Source of the DNA: Eledone cirrhosa
Taxonomy: Eukaryota
Assembly (NCBI GenBank): GCA_964016885.1
Contig: OZ024754.1
Location: 42,656,001 to 42,720,000 of the forward strand
Length of the DNA: 64,000 nucleotides
Direction of reading: 5' to 3'
In this document: one piece after another, positions 49,517-63,636 of the stretch
Layout of the letters: each line of letters begins with the position of its first letter
Position numbering within the stretch: the first letter of the stretch is position 1
Position numbers and translations under genes: made by a program
Notes under the pieces: model-generated
The model's input: the letters and a program-made list of their open reading frames with translations, nothing else
What the model was told of the DNA's origin: nothing
The model's database searches: none

Positions 49517-50380
49517 GGTAGGTAAAAGGTAAACAGAAATAACAACACAATCGGTACAGTATATGGAAGGTATATATTAGGTTAAGGCTTGATATAGCAG
49601 GAAGTGGGTCTTAACATTTAGGATGCTAGTCCTTCATCAGAAGAAAGAATGTGAAATAAGATAGATTAAAGGGACGGGCGGGTTATATATATATATATAT
49701 ACAAACACGCATGGCATATTATTATGGCTGTTACTTGAAAAATATTTACAGGGACAAATGTAGGGTTAGAATCCCCAACCTTGTGACAGGAAAGCAAACT
49801 TATTGTATGACTGACATAGGAAATGCATTGTGTGTGTGTACATTTTTAAAGAGTTACAGATGTATATATATATATATACAAACACGCATGACATTACTAG
49901 GGCTGACACTTGAAAAGATTTACAGGGACAAATGTAGCGTTAGAACCCACAACCTTGTGACTAGAAAGCAAACTTATTATTGTAGTAACATACATGACTG
50001 AGATTATGTGTGTGTATATAAATAGATATACAAACACACGATGTATTATTACGGTTGAAGGGCAGTGGATTAGCAATGTCAGTAGAGCATCAGACACCAT
50101 GCTTTGCAGCATGGAGTTATGGCCCTTTACGTTTAGAGTTCGAATCCCGCTGGGGTTAGCTTTGCCTTTCATCCTTACGGGGTAAATTTAATCAACAATA
50201 AGAACCTTACATTAACCCTTCAATGTTCAAACCGGTCAGAATTATCTACCTCTTCCTGTTGAAACTGGCTGTAACCAGCCACTCATACTGATGCTAAGGT
50301 ATTGTTCTCAAAATAAATACTTTCAAAATCTCATAGATTCGATATTATGCGAGGTAAAGCCTTTACCATGAAAATATAAT

Positions 50381-50553
50381 TGTTTCTACTTTTGGCACAA
50401 GGCCAGCAATTACCCAGTGTATTACTGGTACTTTATTTTATCGACCCCGTAAGGATGAAAGGCAAAGTTAACCTCGGCGGGATTTGAACTCAGAATGGCA
50501 AGGGCCGTAACTCTATGCGTCAAAGCATGGCATCCGACCCTCTACCGATACTG
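50381..50553 (-). mobile_element. SINE family A inserted in a MITE, with a 15-bp TSD
   Basis: ccatgaaaatataat at both 50366-50380 and 50554-50568. Confidence 0.88.
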
Positions 50554-50947
50554 CCATGAAAATATAATAGTATATATAGAGTAATGTGAATGCTAAAGGG
50601 TTAAGTTACTATCTCAGTAATGAAATGATTAATAATTTTAGTAAATCCCTCAAAATTATTCATTAATGAATGGAAATATAATGTATTTCATAAGAAATAG
50701 TCGTGGAAGGGTTAATTATGGTGATTGATGTCTACTTAAAATGAAAGAATGCCTAGAAAACATATTTAATAATCAGTTATTAAAACAACCTGCTCATGTT
50801 TGTTGATCAAAGTCAAAATAAAACTTATCCTTGTTAATCTTCTCAAGTTTAAAGTATCTCTTTAACACTTTCATTACCTTGTTTTCAATTGATGAAACAC
50901 TAGAGAGGTTTACTAATTACTACACTATTAACCTTTTAACATTTACT

Positions 50948-51269
50948 GGCTTAGTGGTTAGAGCATTGGCCTTGCAATCGAAAGGTTGTGAGTTCAATTC
51001 TCAGACCAGGCGATGTGTTGTTTCCTTGAGCAAGACACTTTATTTCGCATTGCTCCAGTTTACTCAGCTGTAGAAATGAGATGATAGGGACTGGGGTCCC
51101 TATCATTCCACTGCAAAGTGGACGTGTAGGTGCCACGGCAAAAAAGCACCCAGCACTCACTGTAAATGAGGTTGGTGTTAGGAAGGGCATCCAGCTGTAG
51201 AAATCAAGCCAGAATCAGTTCCCGTCCCACCCTTGCAAGCAGGGAAAAGCGGACGTAAAAATGAATGAA
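50948..51269 (+). mobile_element. CORE-type SINE family B nested in a TTAA MITE (about 50932-51458)
   Basis: Full copy. It interrupts the MITE terminus (..acatttact | SINE | ttactctatatatactatt..). Confidence 0.82.
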
Positions 51270-51880
51270 TTACTCTATATATACTATTATATTTTCATGG
51301 TAAAGGCTTTACCTCACATATCGAATCTATGAGATTTTGATATTATTTATTTTGTGAACAATACCTTAACATCAGTATGAGTGGCCAATTATGGCTGGTT
51401 TAAACAGAAAGAGGTGAGAGAATTCTGGCTGGATACAGCTGGTTTAGATGCTAAAGGGTTAAGAAGTTATTTGTGATAATTGTTTCTACTTTTGGTCGGT
51501 GATAGGAAGGGTATCCAGCCATAGAAATCTTGTCAAACAAAAGGTTGGGAGGACCGTCAGTTGTGTCAAGGACATGACAACCTCTCCTGTGCACCCGATG
51601 GAGTGTTGACTGTACATAAAGCGAGACATCCCTGGCTTGTCCGGGAGATCAGTAGCTTCGCTTCAGTACTGACTTGGTCTATGTAGACACATCCAACCCT
51701 TGCTAGGAGGGAAAGCAAACATGATAACGATATATATATATATATATACACATACACACACACTGATGGATGTCCAACAATAAAATTAGAATATCTTAAA
51801 TAACTTAGATAGCATGAAAGTTGTCCTTGATTCACAGATCTAATTAAAATATTTGTCAGGGATGTGTGTTGTGTTGATTG

Positions 51881-52219
51881 GTATTATGGAGTCAAGTTAC
51901 CTACTAGAGGTGTTATGGAGTCAAATTACCTACTAGAGGTGTTATGGAGTCAAATTACCTACTAGAGGTATTATGGAGTCAAGTTACCTACTAGAGGTGT
52001 TATAGAGTCAAGTTACCTACTAGAGGTGTTATGGAGTCAAATTACCTACTAGAGGTGTTATGGAGTCAAGTTACCTACTAGAGGTGTTATAGAGTCAAGT
52101 TACCTACTAGAGGTGTTATAGAGTCAAGTTACCTACTAGAGGTGTTATAGAGTCAAGTTACCTACTAGAGGTGTTATAGAGTCAAGTTACCTACTAGAGG
52201 TGTTATAGAGTCAAATTAC
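51881..52219. repeat. 29-bp minisatellite, about 11 copies
   Basis: Unit gtgttatrgagtcaagttacctactagag. Confidence 0.9.
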
Positions 52220-52427
52220 TTGTTAATGACAAAATAATTATATTTTAAATACTACTTGAACAGATTTAATATAAAGGAACAAAAGTGATTAGGAATCCTT
52301 ATAGGATTAGTTTGTTACAGATTATTGTAGCTTCCATAGTTAAGATTCTGTGGAGGGGTTCCATGTTAAAATGGCAAGGAGAATTCTCTATCATCATTGT
52401 TGCAACATATATTTAACTATGGCATCA

Positions 52428-52689
52428 ATTGGACAATACTGTAGTACTGACAGTAATGTCTCTGTGTTTGGTAGGGACTTGGTGATTGGACAATACTGTA
52501 GTACTGACAGTAATGATGTCTCTAACAGTATTTGGTAGGGACTTGGTGATTGGACAATACTGTAGTACTGACAGTAATGATGTCTCTAACAGTATTTGGT
52601 AGGGACTTGGTGATTGGACAATACTGTAGTACTGACAGTAATGATGTCTCTAACAGTATTTGGTAGGGACTTGGTGATTGGACAATACT
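52428..52689. repeat. About 66-bp minisatellite, about 4 copies
   Basis: Unit attggacaatactgtagtactgacagtaatgatgtctctaacagtatttggtagggacttggtg. Confidence 0.85.
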
Positions 52690-53960
52690 ATTATATGAAA
52701 GATGACATTAAAGATTTTTAAAAATAGAGATCCATCAGCCTTTTGTCTTGTATAAACTAGACCTATCACCCTTCTGTCTTGTGTTAACTAGACATCTATC
52801 ACCCTTCTATCTTGTGTAAACTAGTAATCTATCACTCTTTTGTGGTCATGAAAGGGTTAAAGAAAAATAATATATAAAAATTTACATTAACAACTAAACC
52901 ACTTATTTATTGCTGAACAGAATAAGGTGTAAAACAAAAATAAAACTAGATTCTAACAATTCACAGAAATTGTAATGATAAATGTTGAATGTCAGCCTAA
53001 ATTTAACTGAAAAATAGTCAAGCCAACTGGACAAAAATGTCCCTGGAAACAGAAAAAATGTTGAGAGTAATGGCTATCCACTTTTTTCCATCTCCAGGGG
53101 CCTATATGCTCAATTCGTTTGATTATTTTTCAGTCAAAGGCCCGAGTTGAAGCAGTTAATTTTATCCTAACATACATACAACATCTATAACTTGCTCAAT
53201 ACTTCTTTAAATCTTAAAAATATGATTGTTTACAGTAATAATAAAATACACAAATTCAGCTCAAATAAATAACACATAAAACATTTGAAAAGATCTTTAA
53301 GTTTCTTATTTTTATTTAATCGAAAGATATGTTAACAACAACAATTAAAACAAAATAGAGAAAATATGTACAATTATTGGTTGATAATAGATTTTTTTTA
53401 ACCCTTTAAACACCAATTTATCCCAAAACCACCTCTATTAAAATGTTCAAAATAAAATCTCATTATTACCTGACAGACAATATTAGTTTATTATTAAGGT
53501 AAAAGTTGTTGGCCTTATGCCTAAATCAGAAACCATTATTATGGTAGAAGTTATTTAAACTTCTCAGGGTTCTTAATTGTGATAAAATGATCACAAAAGA
53601 GTGAAACCAGTCATTTTCAGCAGTGACAAATGGACTCTGAAATACAGAATATTGTGAGATTCCTGTACAGTGTAGATTACAGCATTGATATATATATGTA
53701 CAAGTAAAATTTTGTTATAACAAATTTTTCAGTATAACGAAATATTTTTTAATCCCCGAGGTAATAGCAAACAAACGCTTGATTTGTATCAGTCAATCTT
53801 GTTATAACAGAATTTCACTGTATTATATATATATAAACCTTGACACCAAAATTGGTCCCTCTCAGTCATTTGTTCAGGTAGCTTGGCTCCAGAACATGAA
53901 CTTGATATAATTGTTAATTCACTGCTAACCAGTAACATTTACCACATATAAACTATTCTA

Positions 53961-54322
53961 ATTGTAATATTAAAGGTTTGTTTAAAAAAAAACCACATTG
54001 TAATATTAAAGGTTTGTTTTCAAATGAAACCACATTGTAATATTAAAGGTTTGTTTCAAAAGAAACCACATTGTAATATTAAAGGTTTGTTTTCAAATGA
54101 AACCACATTGTAATATTAAAGGTTTGTTTTCAAATGAAACCACATTGTAATATTAAAGGTTTGTTTCAAAAGAAACCACATTGTAATATTAAAGGTTTGT
54201 TTTCAAATGAAACCACATTGTAATATTAAAGGTTTGTTTCAAATGAAACCACATTGTAATATTAAAGGTTTGTTTCAAATGAAACCACATTGTAATAAAG
54301 GTTTGTTTCAAATGAAACCATA
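53961..54322. repeat. 36-37-bp minisatellite, about 10 copies
   Basis: Unit attgtaatattaaaggtttgttttcaaatgaaaccac. Confidence 0.9.
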
Positions 54323-56206
54323 TTAGCAAGACACTGGAAAAGTACAAAACAATACTATGACTGCATCACATTTAAAATTAAAGTTGTTACTTTAATACAA
54401 ATTTTTGCAATGGTCTGTCTACTAATAAAGATACTATAAACATTTGAATTAACAAACCTGTATTCAGATATTTTCTACAAAATCACTAGAGGATGTTAAG
54501 AGTTAATGTAGCATTTAAGGTTGAAATGGATGATGTCACGTTTTATAAACACTGTTGAACTACAGGCCACAAGGTCATCAGTCTGTATACTACTTTAGCC
54601 ATTATGGACAAGGCACTAGACTCAATCTATCAACAGATTTTACACTCACAGTTGAGTGGTCACTAACTACAACTGGCCAATATATAGAGGTCCACATTTC
54701 AATAAATCACTTCACACCTACACAAACAAGAGAGAAAAAAATAGCTGTGTAGTTAATGTATCTTAATTTTGGTCATAGTGAAGTAGAAATTGAACCTGTG
54801 TTTTGTTAGTCAAGTAAACTGGATGAACACAATGGCCATTGTAGTAGAAACCAACCAGTACCAAACCCTCACAGCCATAGTGCCTCTCCCTCTACAGGGT
54901 TTTCTCCATTAAGGCTATTTTCTCAACTATTATTTATTGTGATCAACTGTTATTACAGTTTTTTCTACATTTGGGACACTCACCTTTTCATATATATATA
55001 TAAGCAGAAATATAAATATATGGTGGAGAAAGCAAGACTTTTAATAACAAAAATATTCCTTACACAGTGTTTTGTCTTTTAGGTACATTTGATAATTCAA
55101 CGGAAATACATGAGGTTTATATATATATATATATATAGATAGATTGATATATATATAAGCGCTCAGCCCACACTGTGAATGTGGTTGGTGTTAAGAAGGG
55201 CATCCAGCCATACAAACCAAGGCAAAATCAGTTTTGTATGAGCAAGACATGGTCACTGGACATGGCTTGTCTCACCCATGCTAGCATGGAAAATGGACGT
55301 TAAAGGGTGATGATATATATATATACACTGGAGTGTTTTAAATGCTAGTGTGTATAAAATGTCCAAACATTGACTGAATGAGGACTCAATACACATGAGC
55401 AGGATATAAGATATATTTTCTGAAGAAAAAAAAGTGGCAGTGACTTCAAAGTTTGTGTGTCTTCTCTCTCTCTCTATATATATATATATAATAGTAATAT
55501 TAATGAGGGGAAATTTTACTCATTCACTAGGTGTTTTTTAGCTCCATGCAATGATACGATCATGCAGAGCTGTTATATAGTTACAATTTGTTTATAGACC
55601 AAAAATTTAAAAGTTCAAGGCAATTACCCCTTTAGCATTTAAACTGGCCATATCTGTCCAGAATTCTCTCACCTCTTTCTGTTCCAACTGGCCATAACCG
55701 GCCTTTCATACTGATGTTAAGGTATTGTTCTCAAAATAAAAAATATCAAAATCTCATAGATTCGATATGTGAGGTAATGCTTTTACCATGAAAATATAAT
55801 AGTATATATAGAGTAATATAAATGCTAAAGATTTAATGCCTTGAATTCTTAAATTTTTGGTTTGTAAGCAAATTGTAACTATATATATTCAATGAGTATA
55901 GAGAGGCTAAACCATATTTAACTGTAACCCTAACTAAAATTTCTATAACAAAATGTCTTTAGAGAGGACCTCACCATTTAACTATCACAGATATGTTGTA
56001 TTAACTAATATTACAACCAGGCTGTAATCTTGTTACATTATTTCATGAAACTGCAGTAATCTTCTCGTTACATTATTTCATGAAACTGCTGTACAATCTG
56101 CTGAAAGTAACTCTGGCTTTCATATTCCTCCCTCCCAGCTTTGGAGTGCATAAAATGGAGTTTGAAAAAATATACATGTGTACATATACATATGTATGAA
56201 TGTCTG

Positions 56207-58669
56207 CTACTTCAGAAGTAGAATGTATACACCCATCATTACACAACTTAGTGCAACAGGAATGTGAAGCCGTATTCCAATCACTGAAGCTGTAAATAAA
56301 AGAAGATAGAGGTTTGGGAATTAACCCTTTAGCATTTACATTACTTTATATATATAAACTTATCTATATATTAATTTCTGCAATTCTGTCACAACATGTA
56401 AAGAGAGAGGAGTAGTTTGACTACCTCATACTACTCCTCTCTCTTTACCTCTGCTGCCTGCGTGCATATATGTGCACCACTGCTTTACAGAGTGTACTGG
56501 ATGCATTTTACAGTGGCACTTGCATGTTTCTCCAGTCCACTTTGCTGAAAATAGGTATCAGCTAAGCTACGAGTTATCTTTGCAATGAAATGGCTTTCTA
56601 TTCAGTGAAGAATTTTGTACTCTCAGTTGCTCAATGTCAAATTAAACCAGGATAACGTTGTGGGTTTGCTTCCCAGCCTGGGTGGCATGTTATGTCTTTG
56701 ATCAAGGCATTTCATGTCATGTTACTCTAGTCTACTAAGCAGAGGGTGACAAGAAACAGTAACAGCTGGGGGTTATCCTTGTGATGAGAGACCTGTACTG
56801 TCAGTGTCACCTAACATATGAAGCCAAGATAAGCTACCGTCTCTGCGCAGTCTGTGCCAACATGGAGAAATAGATGTAAAAACCAATCATGAGGAATAAC
56901 AAAGAGGACAAATGAGATGAGAAGAAGCATGTTTGGAATAAATAGAAAATTTTTACAAACCTTTATAAAAGATTCCAAATACTCCTTTCTTTTCTGAGAG
57001 AAACCAATTCTTCAGGCGAGGAACTCGGCTCATATAAGCACAGGTACAAATGATCAAAAGCCCAAACACCAACAAGCCATCAAATGAGTAAACTGAAAAA
57101 GCAGTGAAGAAAAGAAAAATCATTTTATAATCCTATTTCATGTAAAGCTTATGGCATGTATTAATGGTTCATTTAGATATCTCATCCGACAAGGGACCTG
57201 GGCCCGTATATATGAAATGAAACTGATGGATAGGATGAAATATATTATCTTCAAAGGAGATCTATTAGTCAATGATACTCTTAAAGATTCATTATTTTTC
57301 TCAGGTACCTCTTCATTACTACCTTGTATTTCAAATGAGGGTACTTAGCTATTCCAATGTTTTAGCCTCTCTATCACATACACCAATACCGCCAGTGTCT
57401 AGATTTGCTTCCAATCATTTTGTTTAGAAGATAACACCAACATTCCCTGTTGTTGTGTGTAATTAAATGTAATTAGATGTTCACGTCCTCTCACTGATCT
57501 TTTTTTTTTTTTACGTTTTATTCATTTCTATTAATATTTCTTTTGTAAATTTTGAATCCAATATTACTTTATTCAGTTGTATAAAGGACATTACAAATTA
57601 CTCACAGTTCTTTCAGAATTAAAATATAAGCACATGATAAATACAATTTTGTAAATTATATCCATTATATAAATTATTTCAAATTAAAACAAACATAAAC
57701 TAGGATTAAACTTAGAATATGTTTGAATGTCAACTGTGGGATAACAAAAAACAAGCTCCTATAACAGACCTGCCAACCTCTAAAAACCCCCAACCGAGAG
57801 TACCATGACAGAAAGTGCCCCAAAACGGGTAAAATGAGACAAAATTGGGAGGTTTTACATAACGAAAGCTATACCCATTGTCACAAGAGAAGACACCCCA
57901 AAGTGGGTGAGAGATCTCTCTCGGGGAGAGTTGACAAGTCTGACACAAGTTTATATACACCTCCAATAAACTCAGTCCTGGTACTAACAGAAACTTCCTT
58001 GATCTGTTAATAAATGACAGTGACCAAAGCTGCCAGGTAATTTACGTAAATATTGAGAAAATACATGAAGTAGTTCATCTATCGATACTCCACCAAATAT
58101 AACCACCTATGTATGTTGGGTTTAAAAAAACACCAAGATATGCTGACAACTTTCATTTAAACGTCGTCTTTACGTAAAATATTTGTTTGAGACTAACATT
58201 ACTTTAAACACGTTACTTATACAAATGTTGATGTTTACAATATAGGATCGTATAAACACATTAAAGAGATGATAGCCAAATATTTATAACACCTGATTAG
58301 AAAGGTAATTAAAGGTGTCTCGTTTATAATAATAATAATTGTTTCTACTTTAGGCACAAGGCCAGCAATTAACCAGTACATTACTGGTACTTTATTTTAT
58401 CGACCCCGTAAGGATGAAAGGCAAAGTTAACCTCGGCGTTTATAATAATAATAATAAAGGGAATTAAAGTAGCTTTCTTCTATCCCGGGGAGGAGGGGGG
58501 AGAGAAAATAAAAGTAAAACATACGTGGGTCTATAAAAAGTTACAACTGTCCTGTCAATATGAATGGATTGAGAAATGGTGTACTGGGATAAACGGTTAG
58601 ATTACAAGAGTTTAGTTGGATAGCAACAAGAGACGGAACAAATGTCTTAATAAACTTACCGTTTGTCAT
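56207..58669 (-). CDS. TMEM167B: Protein kish-B / transmembrane protein 167B (3 exons, 74 aa)
   Basis: Exons 58669-58660, 57092-56961, 56289-56207 (225 nt) translate to [74 protein letters not shown], which matches the kish-B signature end to end. Confidence 0.95.
58339..58436 (-). mobile_element. 5'-truncated SINE family A with TSD
   Basis: cgtttataataataataat on both sides; lies in TMEM167B intron 1. Confidence 0.8.
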
Positions 58670-58862
58670 GTTGGGGGAAAAATATATCTGAAGAGTTGAA
58701 GAAATATCAAAACACTGACAGCGTGTCAAAATGAAATTAATGTCAAATGCGCATGACAGGTTTTCCTGAATTATCTCCCCTGTTTTTTTTATAAATTCCT
58801 TTACAATATTCAGAGTGTAAAAGCTACATTTTATGTATAAAGAACATTATAAATACGTAAAA

Positions 58863-58993
58863 GGGCGGTGAATTGGCAGTATCGGTAGAGGGTCGGACGC
58901 CATGCTTTGACGCATAGAGTCACGGGGTCGATAAAATAAAGTACCAGTAATGTACTGAGTAATTTGCTGGCCTTGTGCCAATAGTAGAAACAA
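58863..58993 (+). mobile_element. Internally deleted SINE family A with TSD
   Basis: attataaatacgtaaa on both sides. The head is joined directly to the core (agt|cacggggtcg). Confidence 0.8.
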
Positions 58994-59965
58994 TTATAAA
59001 TACGTAAATAACTTAATAAAGTGCTCGCAATTCGTTCAGAACTTTATAAATATAATGTCGTTGATAAACATAAATAAAAACACATAAAAGAGAGAAAGAA
59101 GGCAAAGCAAAACCCAAAACGACCATCAATTCACCACCAAGTGCGACAATCGGCCGCACATCACATCATAAGGGTTAACTAAAGAATTTGAAACAAGCCG
59201 ATACGTTCGCAACATTGCCACGGGTTATGGCGAAGCTAAGGTGTTGAAACAACCAAGCACCCAAATAAATTTTTATTCTCGATACATGTGATTGAGCTCA
59301 CAAAGTTTGCTTAAAAAAAACCATTAATAATTTTTTTCTTAATTCATTATCATCATCATCACCATTTTACGGTCGTTCTTCCACGCTAGCATGGGTTAGA
59401 CGGGTTGTCCTGTTGTGGGCAGTGCCCGGTCGGCTGACCTTGTCTTGCTCATACGGGAACTGATTCTAGCTTGATTTCTACGGCTGGATGCCCTTCCTAA
59501 CACCAACCACGTTTACAGTGTGGACTGGGAGGTTTTTACCGTGTTACCTACACGGCCACATTACAGCGTGGACTGTGTGTTTCTTTTTGTCGTGACACCT
59601 ACACAACCTCATTTATTTAGGACTGGATGTTGTGGTACCAACATAACTTTACATCAAAAGGGGGTGGTGTGGATGGGGTGGGGGTAGTGGGACGGGGTGT
59701 ATTTTGGTTAAGAGGTGCCTACTGACTGTAGGTTTCGCTTTGTACTTAGGCAAGGCGGGTCTTCTGTATTACTGTGTAGTGCCAAAGATCTCAGTCCAGT
59801 GACATTGTCTTGGAGAGGTGTAAGTGTGTGACGTCGGAATTTACCTATTTGCATTCTAAATTGGTGAACACATTGCTACCTCTCACCTTAATGTATATCT
59901 ATATATAAACTGTACATAGTTTGCTCTGATCTCACAAACCATTCATCTGCATCTAGTTTTCTTAA

Positions 59966-60173
59966 CCCTTTAACATTTACATTACTGTATATTTACTATT
60001 ATATTTTCACAGTAAAGGCTTTACCTCACATAATATCGAATCTATGAGATTTGGATATTATTTATTTCGAGAACAATAACTTAACATAAGTATGAGCAGC
60101 CAGTTACAGCAGATTTGAACAGAAAGAGGTGAGAGAATTCTGACTGGATATGAGGGGTTTAAATGCTAAAGGG
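59966..60173. mobile_element. piggyBac-type MITE
   Basis: TTAA|CCCTTTAACATTTAC ... AAATGCTAAAGGG|TTAA. Confidence 0.8.
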
Positions 60174-61611
60174 TTAATGACTACCAAGCTACAGAGTGGA
60201 GTACCCTGTCAAATGCCTTCCCCAGGTCAACAAATGCTGGAGACAATAACTTAATTGTCCCTGATAGTCCAGCTGCCTTTTCTACCTTAATATCCCCAAT
60301 CATACGTTTCACTGTATAGCTGTCAACTTCTATAGCTGGTCCCTTTATTGGGTCTACTTTACAGAGGTTCTCCCATGCTGGTCCCTTTGTTGGGTCTACT
60401 TGACAGAGGTTCTCTCATGCTGGTCTCTTTTTTGGGTCAACTTGACAGAGGTTCTCTCATGCTGGTCCCTTTGTTGGGTCTACTTGGGAGAGACTCTCTC
60501 TCTCCCCCATGCCGGTCCCATTATTGGGTCTGCTTGGGAGACTCTCTCGCATGCTGGTCTCTTTCTAGAGAGAGTCTCTCTCTCTCTCCCAAGCATTATT
60601 TTTATTCACCATCCCTTTGTAGTAATATTTCCACACTCTAAAGTGGTCGTTTTGGTGTCACAAGAAAAAGTGCCCAGTCCACACTATAAAGTGGTTGTTT
60701 TGGACCCACGATGAAAAGTGTTCAGCCCACATTGTAAATGTAGTTGGCATTAGGAAGGGCATCCAGCCATAAAAACCAAGCCAGAAACAGTTTTGTATGA
60801 CAAAAACACGATAATCTGACCTGACTTGTCTCACAGTGGGATTTGTCTAACCCATACTAGCATGGAAAAATGGATGTATTAGTGGTGGTGATGTAGTAGT
60901 GGTGTAGTGGTGGTGGTGATGTAGTAGTAGTAGCAGCATTTTCACCCTCCATAAAACTTCCATTTTCTTTCCTTACATTCTAAATGATATTTGTATCATA
61001 AACTTAATCTGTTGCCCGTTTCAGGCCACTAACTGGGCCTTTGGCACCTTCAGCAAAGGCTTTTGGTTTGAAGATACCTTCCGTCCTTTCTTTAATCAGT
61101 CTCAGAGGCCCAGTGGCCCAGGAAAGGGCAATGTCACATCCCATGTAATGTAGACACATTCATATTTTTCCACATTTCCTCTATTTTTATGTTTGTTTAA
61201 TTATGTTTTAGTAAATCATAAAATTATAACTGAGATTGTAAACGAAGACCAACAATTTTGGGGGAGGGAAAAGTTGATTAAATCAACCCCAGTGTATTAC
61301 TGGTGCATTAGTTTATCAACCTCTTAAGGATGCATGCTCACCTCGGCCGGATTTGAACTCAAAATGTAAAGGGCTATAACTGAATGCCACAAAGCATGGT
61401 GTCTGACGCTCTACCAATTACTGCCAATCCACCATCCTTGAGATTGTAAATAATATTAGACAATACACACATGAATAAAATAATGTTTAGAAGGTATTAG
61501 AGAAAAAAACATCTTTATTTGGAATTGAACCAGGTATTTGCTGACTAAGCATATATGAGTGTTATTTTAGGGTTTAGTTTATTTTTATTAGGAAAGATTC
61601 TCATTTATACA

Positions 61612-61752
61612 TCAAACCATGACACAACAGTTTCAAACCATGACACAACAGTTTCAAACTGAGACACAACAGTTTCAAACCAAGACACAACAGTTTCAAA
61701 CTGAGACACAACAGTTTCAAACTGAGACACAACAGTTTCAAACCAAGACACA
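61612..61752. repeat. 21-bp minisatellite
   Basis: Unit gacacaacagtttcaaactga/cca. Confidence 0.85.
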
Positions 61753-61965
61753 ATACAGCTGACAAACACTTAACCAATGAACAGTTGAATTACAGAATAA
61801 ATCTTAGCTCTTCTTGTCATTTCTTTGAAGTAAGCACAGCAGTCACATAACATAAACTTCTCTTTGTATTTCCATTGAAGTCTAGCATGGTCCTTTGAGG
61901 TGTAAAGTTTGGGTAACAGAGAGCCAAAAGACAATGCTCCATCAGTCTGGTTTACTTCTCCACAT

Positions 61966-62030
<65 letters not shown>

Positions 62031-62189
62031 CATACATACAAATGGTGTTCATATAACAACTTTCCACCTCCCCACAAAGCTTTTTTTATTTTCATTGAAG
62101 TCTTGTAAGGAATTTTGAGTTGGATGGGTTTGGTAGCAGCAGAGAGCTGACAAGGCAGTGTTCAATAGTCTGTGTTTCTCCGTATTAGC

Positions 62190-62575
62190 AGGTGGCTGAG
62201 TCAGTCTTGTAGCTCCAACTGACCAAAGCAGCTTTGATCACTCTGTTCTTGATCTGAGGTGGCTGAGTCAGTCTTGTAGCTCCAACTGACCAAAGCAGCT
62301 TTGATCATTCTGTTCTTGATCTGAGGTGGCTGAGTCAGTCTTGTAGCTCCAACTGACCAAAGCAGCTTTGATCACTCTGTTCTTGATCTGAGGTGGCTGA
62401 GTCAGTCTTGTAGCTCCAACTGACCAAAGCAGCTTTGATCACTCTGTTCTTGATCTGAGGTGGCTGAGTCAGTCCTGTAGCTCTAGCTGACCAAAGCAGC
62501 TTTTGATCTCAGGTGGCTGAGTCAGTCCTGTAGCTCCAGCTGACCAAAGCAGCTTTTGATTGCTCTGTTCTTGAC
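62190..62575. repeat. 67-bp minisatellite, about 6 copies
   Basis: Unit aggtggctgagtcagtcttgtagctccaactgaccaaagcagctttgatcactctgttcttgatctg. Confidence 0.9.
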
Positions 62576-63215
62576 CTCTGGTTGTAGAACCAGTCCAGTA
62601 GCTCTATTTGACCACAGCAGTTTTGGTTAATTTGTTTTTGTTTTTGATGGCTATCTATCTATTTATCTATCTATCTTCCAACTGAGTCCACAGTTTTTCT
62701 GAGCCAGAAGGTAAATTCTAAAGAAGCAGAAAAACGCACTTACTTCTAAGATGGACAGAGAGTGAAATGGTTATCAGGTTTGCCTGGACAGCAAGAGGTT
62801 TCTGGTTCAATTCCTTCCAGGGAGGCATTTTTTTCTTTCTTTTAGATTTATTGTTCACATATGTATACTAATTTATAAAGACACACACACACATACATAT
62901 GTATGTATAAACACACACACACACACATATATGTATCTATGTGTATGTGTGTATGTATCTATGTGTGTGTGTATCAAATGCATGTTTTTTTTTAATGTGA
63001 CTGTAATTTCAAAATAAAAAAAAAAGGCCAAACCAAAACACTAAAACGTGTTTTTCTAGGTAAACAAATTTTTGATAAAATAAATTTCAGTCAATGAAGG
63101 TTGGGTGGGGTGGATAAAACTACTGAGTTACTAGAAGTGTCAGAACTGTTATTATTAATGTTATTATTTATATTATTATTATCTTTTCTTCTTTTAACAA
63201 TACAATTCTTACAAA

Positions 63216-63636
63216 TTAATGATAATTCTCTTTTTCAAATACTAATTTGACAGCTTCTAAAACATTTTGGGTAACATAAGTTGGTTTCTTCAGTTCACTA
63301 TCAAGTACAAAGTCTCGGTGATTGTGGTTTGAGATTTCTTTTCCTCCGTACGTTACAAAATCACTATCAGTCGTATAGACTCCTGTACAGACTAATATAG
63401 ACACAGATTTATCAGTAAGAATAATACTTTCATCTGTCCCTGGTGACATCAAATCTACTACTGTATCATCCTCAGTGTCCAGATCATCAGCACTGGATAC
63501 GTCTGAGTTGAGACTAGAATTACTTGTGTTGGCTAACTGTTGAAGCTTCTTCGCTTGTTGCCTTTGTTTTGCAGATCGTGAATGCAAATATCGGTTGTAT
63601 AGATTCCCTCCATATATGTCAGTCTCTGGATTATCT
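63216..63636 (-). CDS. HDHD5: HAD-like hydrolase domain-containing 5 (CECR5), terminal exon only; gene continues beyond the window
   Basis: Acceptor ttgtag| then (G)DNPETDIYGGNLYNRYL...SILVCTGVY...NHNHRDF...NVLEAVKLVFEKE*. This is HAD class IIA motif IV (GDN..TDI.G) plus the HDHD5-type HRD tail. Confidence 0.88.

Noticed and set aside
50948-51010. tRNA-like sequences at SINE heads (also about 12005-12070, 12127-12195, 17560-17620)
   Set aside because: They have A/B boxes but no closed acceptor stem and run on into SINE CORE or body sequence.
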